Positions 34,659-46,010 of a DNA stretch of 64,000 nucleotides are shown in pieces. Position 1 is the stretch's first letter. Every line of letters starts with the position of its first letter. Below the pieces are notes generated by a model. The model was not told where the DNA came from, searched no databases, and saw nothing but the letters and a program-made list of their open reading frames with translations. Origin of the DNA: Escherichia coli (GTDB lineage: Bacteria; Pseudomonadota; Gammaproteobacteria; Enterobacterales; Enterobacteriaceae); assembly GCF_003334765.1 (NCBI RefSeq), contig NZ_QOWT01000002.1; one strand, 5' to 3'. A program made the translations under genes and the position numbers.

Positions 34659-35309
34659 TTATTCTTTTTTACCTGCCTGACGGAATGTCAGGTTGTAGCG
34701 GCAGTCGATGGTGAGTGGATGAAACCCCGCTTTCAACGGTTGAATACCGTGATAAAACAGCCGCGATTCACCGCCCCATACCACCACATCGCCATGTTCC
34801 AACAACAAACGTTTGAGCGGATCATTTCGTTTCAGGCCGCCAAATTGAAAAATCGCGGGTAAGCCCAGAGAAACAGAAACAATTGGCGCGCGCAGATCCG
34901 GTTCGTCTTTATCCTGATGCAGCGACAGTTTCGCGCCAGGAGCGTAGCGGTTGATAAGACAAGCATCTGGCTGGAAATCTGGATAGCCCGCCGCCGTAGC
35001 CGCACGTTGACATAAATTATGAAAACTCTGTGGCATGGCGGGCCACGGTTTATTTGTTTGCGGATCAATGGGCGAATAGAGATAACCTTGCCGATGGGTC
35101 GTCCAGCCCAGATGCCCACAGTTGGTCATCGCCACCGACATGGTATATCCCCCGGGGGTGACCATCTGGCGAAACGGCGACTGGCTGGCAACGTCATTAA
35201 TATCGCGGATCAGTTGCTCCGCAGCGTTAAAAGCAAAACGCCGTAAAATTACCGCACCAGCCGCCAGTGGCTCTTGCCACGGTTCAGCATCGGCAAACAG
35301 ATCCAACAT
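34659..35309 (-). CDS. alkB: Fe(II)/2-oxoglutarate-dependent DNA/RNA demethylase AlkB
   Basis: 216 aa; HQDKDE (His-x-Asp) and RLFYHGI motifs; start overlaps the ada stop. Confidence 0.95.
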   Translation of the reverse strand: MLDLFADAEPWQEPLAAGAVILRRFAFNAAEQLIRDINDVASQSPFRQMVTPGGYTMSVAMTNCGHLGWTTHRQGYLYSPIDPQTNKPWPAMPQSFHNLCQRAATAAGYPDFQPDACLINRYAPGAKLSLHQDKDEPDLRAPIVSVSLGLPAIFQFGGLKRNDPLKRLLLEHGDVVVWGGESRLFYHGIQPLKAGFHPLTIDCRYNLTFRQAGKKE

Positions 35310-36373
35310 TACCTCTCCTCATTTTCAGCTTCGCGGCGCAGCAGTTGCGCTTTACGCGACACGCCCCAGCGGTAACCGGAAAGTGTGCCATCACCACGGA
35401 CCACCCGATGACAGGGTATTATGATAGCCAGCTTGTTGGCGGCACAGGCGCTGGCAACGGCCCGTACCGCTTTCGGTTTGCCGATGGCGTTAGCCAGTTG
35501 CTGATAACTGACGGTTTCACCGCAAGGTATCGTGCGCAGTGCCTGCCAGACTTGTTGCTGAAAAGCAGTGCCGCGAATGTCCAGCGGTAACGTCAGCGGC
35601 GTATCGCGTTGATTGAGGCTGGCGATCACTTCACGCACATGTTGCTGAAACATCAGATCGGCAGGCGCGTTGTCGGCAGCGGGAAACATCTGCTGCAACT
35701 CGCTGATTAGTGTCGCGTCATCATCGCCCAGCAATATCGCGCAAATCCCCCGCTCGCTTTCTGCCACCAGGCAACGACCCAGCTCACAATCAGCCAGCGC
35801 GTAACGCACCGCCAGATTTTCGCCACCGTGACGGAATTGTTTAGCCGTCATGCCCAGCGTTTCGTCAGCTTTGCGATAGTAACTGCTGCTGTCGGGGAAT
35901 CCGGCGTTAAGAATAGACGTCGTCACGCTCTCCCCTTTCGCCAGCGATTCGCGCAAACGGCGAGCGCGCCAGGCCTGTTGCCAGGCTTTAGGCGTCATTC
36001 CGGTAGTCGCTTTAAACAACCGATGTAGATGAAATGGACTCATCGCCACCTGGTCGGCTAAGGCTTCCAGCGTTACAGGCGTTTCCTGTTCCAGCAGTCG
36101 ACACGCGTGGGTGATTTTATCCAACCGATGTTGCTGGGCATTGGCTTTTTCTGGCTGACAACGTTTGCAGGGGCGAAAGCCAGCGGCGAGTGCCTCGCTG
36201 GCATTTGCGTAGAAGGAGACGTTTTCCCGCAAAGCATGTCTGGCGCGGCAAGACGGACGGCAAAAGATGCCTGTGGTACGCACGGCGAAAACGAATTCGC
36301 CGTCGGCATTCGGGTCGCGGGCTAAGACAGATTGCCAGCGTTGATCGTCAGTTAAGCATGTGGCTTTTTTCAT
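35309..36373 (-). CDS. ada: Bifunctional Ada: methylphosphotriester methyltransferase/transcription activator and O6-methylguanine-DNA methyltransferase
   Basis: 354 aa; N-terminal Cys cluster FRPCKRCQPE; AraC-type HTH; C-terminal active site PCHRVV. Confidence 0.95.
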   Translation of the reverse strand: MKKATCLTDDQRWQSVLARDPNADGEFVFAVRTTGIFCRPSCRARHALRENVSFYANASEALAAGFRPCKRCQPEKANAQQHRLDKITHACRLLEQETPVTLEALADQVAMSPFHLHRLFKATTGMTPKAWQQAWRARRLRESLAKGESVTTSILNAGFPDSSSYYRKADETLGMTAKQFRHGGENLAVRYALADCELGRCLVAESERGICAILLGDDDATLISELQQMFPAADNAPADLMFQQHVREVIASLNQRDTPLTLPLDIRGTAFQQQVWQALRTIPCGETVSYQQLANAIGKPKAVRAVASACAANKLAIIIPCHRVVRGDGTLSGYRWGVSRKAQLLRREAENEER

Positions 36374-36440
36374 AATCAGCTCCCTGGTTAAGGATAGCCT
36401 TTAGGCTGCCCGGTCACCATCACGCAAAAACCAACAATCT

Positions 36441-36455
36441 TGCGCTTTAATTTTT
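36441..36455 (-). promoter_or_regulatory. Ada box of the ada promoter
   Basis: Minus strand reads AAATTAAAGCGCA (consensus AAANNAAAGCGCA) about 70 bp upstream of the ada ATG; overlaps the last codons and stop of apbE. Confidence 0.75.
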
Positions 36456-37502
36456 TTCGCTGACAAGGAAGCTTTTAAACTGTGGTGACATCCAGGTTTT
36501 AAAGCTATCGCCTTCTTTGGTGATCATATAAACCGCCAGCCCTTCCCGGCGAACAACCTCTTTAGCTTTCTCCGGCCCGAGTACCATCAAGCCAGTATCC
36601 CAGGCATCGGCTTCCAGCGCCGTCGGAGCAATCACCGTCACGGATACCAGATTGTGTTCGATGGGACGCCCGGTTTGCGGATCGATAACATGGGAAAGAC
36701 GTTTGCCGTCCAGTTCGTAATAGTTACGGTAGCTGCCAGAGGTGCTAATCCCATGACCGTTGATATCCACCACAGCCTGAACCGCGTTTTCTTTATCGGT
36801 TGGTTTTTGAATCGCTACCCGCCACGGCAGGCCTTCACCGTTCATACCACGGCTGTTCAGCGCGCCGCCCACCGACACCAGATAGCGGGAAATCCCTTCC
36901 TGCTCCATCAAGCGTGCCAAATGATCGGCCGCATAGCCTTCGCCGACGGTGGAGAGATCGACATATAAATCCGGCAGGTCTTTTTGCAGATATTGCTGAT
37001 GCGACTGATTGATGACCGTCAGGTGCTGTAAGCCGGTTTTGGCTTTCATCGCATCGATCTGTTCCTGGCTCGGAATTTGAACCGGCTGTTGTTCCGGGCC
37101 AAAGCCCCACAGATTCACCAGCGGCCCGACGGTTATATCCATCGCGCCATCGGTCTTCGCGCCAATGCGCAGCGAGGTGGTGACGATATCGGCCATCGCT
37201 TCACTTACCGGCCACGGCGATAAACTTTGCGAGTCGTTAAAGCGCATCAGCGCGGAATCTTTTTTATAGGTCGAAAGCAGCTGATCGTCGGCGTCCAGTT
37301 GGGTCTGAATCTTTTCTTTAAGTTCGGCGCTGCGTTTGGCGTCAATGCCCGGGATGCTGGCACGCCAGAAGGTACCCATAGTTTTGCCTTCAAGAACGGT
37401 AACTTCAGTAGCGTGGGTTTTGGCGGGTTGTGGTTTTTGATCGCAACCAACAAAGAAGAGCGCGGCAGCCAGCAGTGCCACGCGGGTAAAGCTTATTTCC
37501 AT
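36447..37502 (-). CDS. apbE: FAD:protein FMN transferase ApbE (lipoprotein)
   Basis: 351 aa; lipoprotein signal with lipobox LFFVGC. Confidence 0.93.
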   Translation of the reverse strand: MEISFTRVALLAAALFFVGCDQKPQPAKTHATEVTVLEGKTMGTFWRASIPGIDAKRSAELKEKIQTQLDADDQLLSTYKKDSALMRFNDSQSLSPWPVSEAMADIVTTSLRIGAKTDGAMDITVGPLVNLWGFGPEQQPVQIPSQEQIDAMKAKTGLQHLTVINQSHQQYLQKDLPDLYVDLSTVGEGYAADHLARLMEQEGISRYLVSVGGALNSRGMNGEGLPWRVAIQKPTDKENAVQAVVDINGHGISTSGSYRNYYELDGKRLSHVIDPQTGRPIEHNLVSVTVIAPTALEADAWDTGLMVLGPEKAKEVVRREGLAVYMITKEGDSFKTWMSPQFKSFLVSEKN

Positions 37503-37571
37503 ACGTGATTATCCTCATGCGAACGGTCGCAAGAGTACACCAAAAAACTGAGTTTGTACGCTGAAAACAAT

Positions 37572-37593
37572 GAAAAAAGGGCCCGCAGGCCCT
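37572..37593 (-). terminator. Rho-independent terminator of ompC
   Basis: Hairpin gggcc-cgca-ggccc preceded on the plus strand by AAAAAA, which is a T-tract after the hairpin on the minus strand. Confidence 0.85.
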
Positions 37594-37613
37594 TTGTTCG
37601 ATATCAATCGAGA

Positions 37614-38732
<1,119 letters not shown>

Positions 38733-38832
38733 TTATATGCCTTTATTTGCTTTTTTATGCCACTGCATACTGATTAACCCTCATTAATCAGTCGGCAAGT
38801 CCATTCTCCCCAAAAATGCAGAATAATCCAAC

Positions 38833-38896
38833 ACGAATATGATACTAAAACTTTTAAGATGTTTCATTTATCGCTATAGATGTTTCAAAATGTAAA
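38833..38896 (-). promoter_or_regulatory. OmpR-binding boxes C1-C3 of the ompC promoter
   Basis: Minus strand reads TTTACATTTTGAAACATCTA / GATAAATGAAACATCTTAAA / AGTTTTAGTATCATATTCGT, three tandem 20-bp OmpR-type sites, about 115-180 bp upstream of the ompC ATG. Confidence 0.75.
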
Positions 38897-39051
38897 TGCA
38901 AGGGAACTTTTTAAGATTATTGCGGAATGGCGAAATAAGCACCTAACATCAAGCAATAATAATTCAAGGTTAAAATCAATAACTTATTCTTAAGTATTTG
39001 ACAGCACTGAATGTCAAAACAAAACCTTCACTCGCAACTAGAATAACTCCC

Positions 39052-39144
39052 GCTATCATCATTAACTTTATTTATTACCGTCATTCATTTCTGAATGTCT
39101 GTTTACCCCTATTTCAACCGGATGCCTCGCATTCGGTTTTTTTT
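39052..39144 (+). ncRNA. micF: MicF antisense sRNA (represses ompF translation)
   Basis: 93-nt sequence GCTATCATCATTAACTTTATTTATTACCGTCATTCATTTCTGAATGTCTG...CGGATGCCTCGCATTCGGTTTTTTTT ending in an intrinsic terminator; divergent from ompC. Confidence 0.9.
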
Positions 39145-39455
39145 ACCCTTCTTTACACACTTTTCATTATTCTGTGCTACCACAGAAAAACTATAACGCT
39201 TGTTAACTATTTCACAAATAATTAACATCCGCATAATTTCCAGCAATCTTTGTTTATTTGCAATTATTTTTGTTGGGCTTTTTGTAGGTTATTTGTACAG
39301 CAAAATGGCGCTTGTACATCTATTTCCCCCAATGCAGGATGATAAATATCACGGGAGAATAGAGAATCATCAATCAGGTAAGAGTCTGGAATTTCACACT
39401 GTACCCTTTATACTGCCCTATCACTTCGCGAAGTTTTAACAGGTCATAAACACGA

Positions 39456-42128
39456 ATGCGTCAGAAAGAGACAACGGCCACGACCCGCTTTTCACTCCTA
39501 CCGGGGAGCATTACCCGCTTCTTTTTACTGTTGATCATTGTGTTACTGGTGACGATGGGTGTAATGGTACAAAGCGCCGTTAACGCCTGGCTGAAAGATA
39601 AAAGTTACCAGATTGTCGACATTACCCATGCTATCCAAAAGCGCGTCGATAACTGGCGTTACGTGACCTGGCAGATCTACGACAACATTGCCGCGACGAC
39701 CTCCCCCTCCTCCGGCGAAGGTTTACAAGAGACGCGCCTGAAACAGGATGTCTACTATCTGGAGAAACCACGCCGCAAAACGGAAGCGTTAATCTTTGGC
39801 TCTCACGACAACTCAACGCTTGAGATGACTCAGCGGATGTCCACTTATCTGGATACATTGTGGGGCGCAGAAAATGTACCGTGGTCGATGTATTACCTGA
39901 ATGGTCAGGATAACAGTCTGGTGCTGATCTCAACCCTACCCCTTAAAGATCTCACCTCCGGATTTAAAGAATCGACCGTCAGCGACATTGTTGATTCACG
40001 TCGTGCAGAGATGTTGCAACAGGCCAACGCCCTCGATGAACGCGAAAGCTTTTCTAACATGCGCCGCCTGGCCTGGCAGAACGGTCATTACTTTACATTG
40101 CGTACTACCTTTAACCAGCCAGGACATCTGGCAACGGTCGTGGCTTTTGATCTGCCGATTAATGATTTGATCCCACCGGGTATGCCGCTGGACAGTTTCC
40201 GCCTTGAGCCAGACGCGACGGCAACGGGAAACAATGATAATGAGAAAGAAGGGACGGATAGCGTCAGTATCCACTTTAACAGTACGAAGATTGAAATCTC
40301 CTCGGCACTCAACTCTACCGATATGCGCCTGGTCTGGCAGGTTCCTTATGGCACCTTATTGCTGGATACGTTGCAAAACATTCTGCTGCCACTGCTGCTG
40401 AACATCGGTTTGCTGGCGCTGGCGTTATTTGGCTATACCACATTCCGCCATTTCTCCAGCCGCAGTACAGAAAACGTCCCCAGCACGGCGGTCAATAACG
40501 AATTGCGCATTTTACGGGCAATCAATGAAGAGATAGTCTCACTGCTGCCGCTCGGCCTGCTGGTTCACGATCAGGAATCGAACCGCACTGTCATAAGTAA
40601 CAAAATTGCCGATCATTTGCTGCCGCATTTGAATCTGCAAAACATCACCACCATGGCGGAACAGCATCAGGGGATTATTCAGGCGACGATCAATAACGAG
40701 CTGTATGAGATCCGCATGTTCCGCAGCCAGGTCGCGCCGCGCACACAAATTTTCATTATTCGCGATCAGGATCGCGAAGTGCTGGTAAACAAGAAACTCA
40801 AGCAGGCGCAGCGTCTGTATGAGAAAAACCAGCAGGGGCGGATGATCTTTATGAAAAACATTGGCGATGCGCTGAAAGAACCCGCACAGTCCCTGGCGGA
40901 GAGCGCGGCTAAACTCAACGCCCCGGAAAGCAAACAACTGGCGAATCAGGCAGATGTGCTGGTGCGGCTGGTTGATGAAATACAGTTAGCGAACATGCTT
41001 GCGGATGATAGCTGGAAAAGTGAGACGGTGCTGTTATCCGTGCAGGATTTAATTGATGAAGTTGTGCCTTCAGTGTTGCCTGCCATCAAGCGTAAAGGTC
41101 TGCAACTGCTGATTAACAATCATCTGAAAGCACACGATATGCGCCGCGGCGATCGCGATGCCTTACGACGTATTTTGCTGCTACTGATGCAATATGCCGT
41201 GACCTCAACGCAATTGGGAAAAATCACCCTTGAGGTTGATCAGGATGAGTCCTCCGAAGACCGCCTGACGTTCCGCATTCTGGACACGGGAGAAGGCGTA
41301 AGTATTCATGAAATGGATAATTTGCACTTCCCGTTTATCAACCAGACCCAAAACGATCGCTATGGCAAGGCGGACCCGCTGGCATTCTGGCTGAGCGATC
41401 AACTGGCACGTAAACTGGGCGGTCATTTAAACATCAAAACGCGGGATGGGCTTGGTACACGCTACTCTGTGCATATCAAAATGCTCGCAGCTGACCCGGA
41501 AGTTGAAGAGGAAGAAGAGCGTTTACTGGATGATGTCTGCGTAATGGTGGATGTTACTTCGGCAGAAATTCGGAATATTGTCACTCGCCAGTTAGAAAAT
41601 TGGGGTGCAACCTGTATCACACCCGATGAAAGATTAATTAGTCAAGATTATGATATCTTTTTAACGGATAATCCGTCTAATCTTACTGCCTCTGGCTTGC
41701 TTTTAAGCGATGATGAGTCTGGCGTACGGGAAATTGGGCCTGGTCAATTGTGCGTCAACTTCAATATGAGCAACGCTATGCAGGAAGCGGTCTTACAATT
41801 AATTGAAGTGCAACTGGCGCAGGAAGAGGTGACAGAATCGCCTCTGGGCGGAGATGAAAATGCGCAACTCCATGCCAGCGGCTATTATGCGCTCTTTGTA
41901 GACACAGTACCGGATGATGTTAAGAGGCTGTATACTGAAGCAGCAACCAGTGACTTTGCTGCGTTAGCCCAAACGGCTCATCGTCTTAAAGGCGTATTTG
42001 CCATGCTAAATCTGGTACCCGGCAAGCAGTTATGTGAAACGCTGGAACATCTGATTCGTGAGAAGGATGTTCCAGGAATAGAAAAATACATCAGCGACAT
42101 TGACAGTTATGTCAAGAGCTTGCTGTAG
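39456..42128 (+). CDS. rcsD: Phosphotransfer intermediate protein RcsD (YojN) of the Rcs phosphorelay
   Basis: 890 aa; N-terminal TM segments and periplasmic domain; C-terminal HPt-like region; directly upstream of rcsB. Confidence 0.93.
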   Translation: MRQKETTATTRFSLLPGSITRFFLLLIIVLLVTMGVMVQSAVNAWLKDKSYQIVDITHAIQKRVDNWRYVTWQIYDNIAATTSPSSGEGLQETRLKQDVYYLEKPRRKTEALIFGSHDNSTLEMTQRMSTYLDTLWGAENVPWSMYYLNGQDNSLVLISTLPLKDLTSGFKESTVSDIVDSRRAEMLQQANALDERESFSNMRRLAWQNGHYFTLRTTFNQPGHLATVVAFDLPINDLIPPGMPLDSFRLEPDATATGNNDNEKEGTDSVSIHFNSTKIEISSALNSTDMRLVWQVPYGTLLLDTLQNILLPLLLNIGLLALALFGYTTFRHFSSRSTENVPSTAVNNELRILRAINEEIVSLLPLGLLVHDQESNRTVISNKIADHLLPHLNLQNITTMAEQHQGIIQATINNELYEIRMFRSQVAPRTQIFIIRDQDREVLVNKKLKQAQRLYEKNQQGRMIFMKNIGDALKEPAQSLAESAAKLNAPESKQLANQADVLVRLVDEIQLANMLADDSWKSETVLLSVQDLIDEVVPSVLPAIKRKGLQLLINNHLKAHDMRRGDRDALRRILLLLMQYAVTSTQLGKITLEVDQDESSEDRLTFRILDTGEGVSIHEMDNLHFPFINQTQNDRYGKADPLAFWLSDQLARKLGGHLNIKTRDGLGTRYSVHIKMLAADPEVEEEEERLLDDVCVMVDVTSAEIRNIVTRQLENWGATCITPDERLISQDYDIFLTDNPSNLTASGLLLSDDESGVREIGPGQLCVNFNMSNAMQEAVLQLIEVQLAQEEVTESPLGGDENAQLHASGYYALFVDTVPDDVKRLYTEAATSDFAALAQTAHRLKGVFAMLNLVPGKQLCETLEHLIREKDVPGIEKYISDIDSYVKSLL

Positions 42129-42144
42129 CAAGGTAGCCTATTAC

Positions 42145-42795
42145 ATGAACAATATGAACGTAATTATTGCCGATGACCATCCGATAGTCTTGTTCGGTAT
42201 TCGCAAATCACTTGAGCAAATTGAGTGGGTGAATGTTGTCGGCGAATTTGAAGACTCTACAGCACTGATCAACAACCTGCCGAAACTGGATGCGCATGTG
42301 TTGATTACCGATCTCTCCATGCCTGGCGATAAGTACGGCGATGGCATTACCTTAATCAAGTACATCAAGCGCCATTTCCCAAGCCTGTCGATCATTGTTC
42401 TGACTATGAACAACAACCCGGCGATTCTTAGTGCGGTATTGGATCTGGATATCGAAGGGATCGTGCTGAAACAAGGTGCACCGACCGATCTGCCGAAAGC
42501 TCTCGCCGCGCTGCAGAAAGGGAAGAAATTTACCCCGGAAAGCGTTTCTCGCCTGTTGGAAAAAATCAGTGCTGGTGGTTACGGTGACAAGCGTCTCTCG
42601 CCAAAAGAGAGTGAAGTTCTGCGCCTGTTTGCGGAAGGCTTCCTGGTGACCGAGATCGCTAAAAAGCTGAACCGCAGTATTAAAACCATCAGTAGCCAGA
42701 AGAAATCTGCGATGATGAAGCTGGGTGTCGAGAACGATATCGCCCTGCTGAATTATCTCTCTTCAGTGACCTTAAGTCCGGCAGATAAAGACTAA
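42145..42795 (+). CDS. rcsB: Response regulator RcsB
   Basis: 216 aa from MNNMNVIIADDHPIV; receiver domain plus LuxR-type HTH; the ORF-track start at 42100 is rejected. Confidence 0.95.
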   Translation: MNNMNVIIADDHPIVLFGIRKSLEQIEWVNVVGEFEDSTALINNLPKLDAHVLITDLSMPGDKYGDGITLIKYIKRHFPSLSIIVLTMNNNPAILSAVLDLDIEGIVLKQGAPTDLPKALAALQKGKKFTPESVSRLLEKISAGGYGDKRLSPKESEVLRLFAEGFLVTEIAKKLNRSIKTISSQKKSAMMKLGVENDIALLNYLSSVTLSPADKD

Positions 42796-42800
42796 TCACC

Positions 42801-42994
<194 letters not shown>

Positions 42995-43000
<6 letters not shown>

Positions 43001-45844
43001 ATCCCGCGATTTCCTGACCCTCTCGGCATATAACGTCAGCGTCTGTTTTATCACATCCAGCGTTACCGGCTTCGACAGGCAGCTGTCCATACCGGACTCC
43101 AGACACCGCTGCTTCTCTTCAGCCAACGCATTAGCAGTTACTCCGATTACCGGCAACGTCAGTCCCAACTGACGAATGCGTTGCGTCAAGCGGTAACCAT
43201 CCATATTTGGCATGTTGACGTCGCTAAGCACGATATCAATATGATTCTTGCTAAGTACATTAAGCGCATCGACGCCATCATTCGCGGTTTTACATTGATA
43301 GCCCAACGATCCCAACTGATCTGCCAGCAAACGCCGGTTAATCGGATGATCATCCACGACCAGAATCATCATATCGTCATTATCGCTGACCGCTTTGTCC
43401 GTTGACGGCAGAGCGTTAGCAGGATCGTCGCTCTCCATCTCGATCAAATAAATACGCGCCAACAATGCCGGTAGCTCATGCGGAGCAGCCACACTGTGTA
43501 CCCACTCCCCTGGCGCTTTCTCCAGCGGAATACCAATATGGCGACGACAGAAGGTCACTACCGCTCTGCCCTGCCATTTTTTACTCACTACCTCGTCAGT
43601 GATCAACACATCTTCGGGAGTCGGTTCCTGCCCTTCGTATGTTGTAACGACGATGCCGCTGCGCTGCAAACTGGTTTCCAGGAACTGACAGAGCGACGCA
43701 TTGCGGACCGCCAGCCAGCAGCGTTTACCACTCAACCCTTCCACGCCTTTTTTCTGCGGGTACTGAGCGCCGTACAACGGAATACGCACGGTAAACTGGC
43801 TGCCCATTCCCGGTTCTGAATCTACCGAGATATCGCCGTCCATCATGCTGATCAGTTTTTCACAAATCGCCAGACCCAGACCGGTCCCCTGGAAATTACG
43901 CTGTACGCCCGTTCCGACCTGGAAGAAGGGATCAAACAAGCGCACCACTTCTTTCGCCGGTATCCCCACGCCGGTATCGCGAACACGGATAGAGAGATAA
44001 TCGCCATCCGCGCGAACATGCAAAACTATACAGCCGGTATCGGTAAATTTTATGGCGTTACTCAACAGGTTGGAGATGACCTGCTGTAAACGCATCGGGT
44101 CGCCATTTAAGGCCACTGGCACATCCGGTTCAATAAAGCAGTACAAGCCTAACTGCTTGCGTACCACCAGCGGTAAATAGTTGGCGGTGATGTGGTTCAT
44201 CACTTCACGCGGTGAAAACTCACGCGGTTCGATCTTCAACTGTTCCGATTCAATCTTCGAGAAATCGAGAATATCGCTGATAATTTTCAACAACAGGCTG
44301 GAAGAGTTGTTCATTGCCGTCACCAGCCGATCGACGCCTTTCGGTAACTCTTTGGTTTGCAACAGATCCAGGTTACCGATAATGCCATACAGCGGCGTTC
44401 GCAGCTCATGACTGACGGTGGCAAGGAACATCGATTTTGACTGGCTCGCCTGTTCCGCTGCTTGTGCCATCTCCTGCAACGACTCTTCCATCTTCACGCG
44501 CGAAGAAACATCCACCAGCACACAAATGGCCACGTTTTCATTACGATAGCGCGAATGGACGAAGCTGATTTGCAGATTGGTATTGTTGCTGGTCAGGACA
44601 TCAACAAAATTGACCTGCTGCCCACAGATAATTTGCGTCAGTCGTTGGCGGTCCTCATGCGTAAGCATATTGAGATAGGTATGCGCCAGTTCGTTACTTA
44701 AAATATTGACGCCATCAGCGGTACGCAAAATGCAGATACCCACTGGCGCGGAGGCGACAATCTTGCGATTGAACTGCTCATGTTCTTCCAGTCGCAGGGC
44801 GTCGCTTTCCGCCGGAATGAAAATACGTCGCTCGTACATCCGTGCGAGAGTAAACAATGCAGCTCCGGCAAGCACATTCAGCAAAATTGCGTTAAGGATC
44901 AACATGCGAATGCGTTCCAGCACCTTATCAACCGGCACCGAATACACGATGCTTAGCGATGAGGGTGGCAGATTTTTCTTCAGCACCAGCTCCCGGAACC
45001 CTTCCGTATAGCCAAACCAGGAGCGTTCCTGCATCCAGCGAGGATCGCCCTTAATTTTACTTTCTGGTCCGGTAAGCGAAATCAGGGTATGACCATTTTC
45101 ATCAAGAATGGTAACCCCCATCGGCAACGTACCCGGTAAGAAAAAGTTCTCCATCCGGATGGTCTGCTCGACACCCAAAAGCGCCTGCAACCGGTTCGCC
45201 AGATAAACTGGCGTCAACGCGTAAAAATACCCGACGCCAGGGCGCGGACCTTCGCTGATCCAGTAGAGGTTACTGCCGCTATCATCTTGTGGTGCATTTC
45301 GATATTTATTGATGCGTTCATGCAAAGCTTTCAACGCGGTATCGCGTTCCACTGGCATATCACGCAGACCGAAATTGGCCATGCAGAGGTTATCGCTGCC
45401 GATTAAAAATACCCGGTTTAGATCGTAAGCCGCAGAAAAATTATCGCGCCAGTAGCGCATAAACCACGCCAATGACTCCAGAGAACCTCGCCAGGTGTTA
45501 CTCATTGCGGAACAATCGGAGTCGGCAAACAGCGGTTCAAACGCAGGCACATCCGCCTGCGTTTCTCGTCCACGCGGGGAAAGCACACCGTTTTCTGCCG
45601 ATAAGCGATTTTCGGCGATGTACTTCAGCTCTTTCATCACATCAGAGGTGCGTTGAATAAAGCGCTGAGCCTGATCGGAACTCAGATTAAATTCCTGACG
45701 AATTTCCGATTCTCGCTGATGTAACGCATTAACGATGTAAAAAACGGATGAAAAAGCAATCAACAGCCAGAGCACTAACGCCAATGCTCTGAACATGTAG
45801 CGCGAGGCTTTCAGGGTTGTACGAAAAGAAGCAAGGTATTTCAA
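42995..45844 (-). CDS. rcsC: Hybrid sensor histidine kinase RcsC
   Basis: 949 aa; two TM segments; H-box SHELRTPL; HATPase region; C-terminal receiver VVDDHPINRR...DVNMPNMDG. Confidence 0.95.
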
Positions 45845-46010
45845 AGGGGCGAAGCTCCGCCTCAGGTGACCGATGGAGTGTGGTTAAGGTAGCGGTAAAA
45901 GCGTGTTACCGCAATGTTCTCTCTTCTCTGGAATATGATACACCGCCGAGAAATCATCACCTTAACCTCTGATAATCGTCATATACCGGACAAGACTAGT
46001 GGATTTCAGC

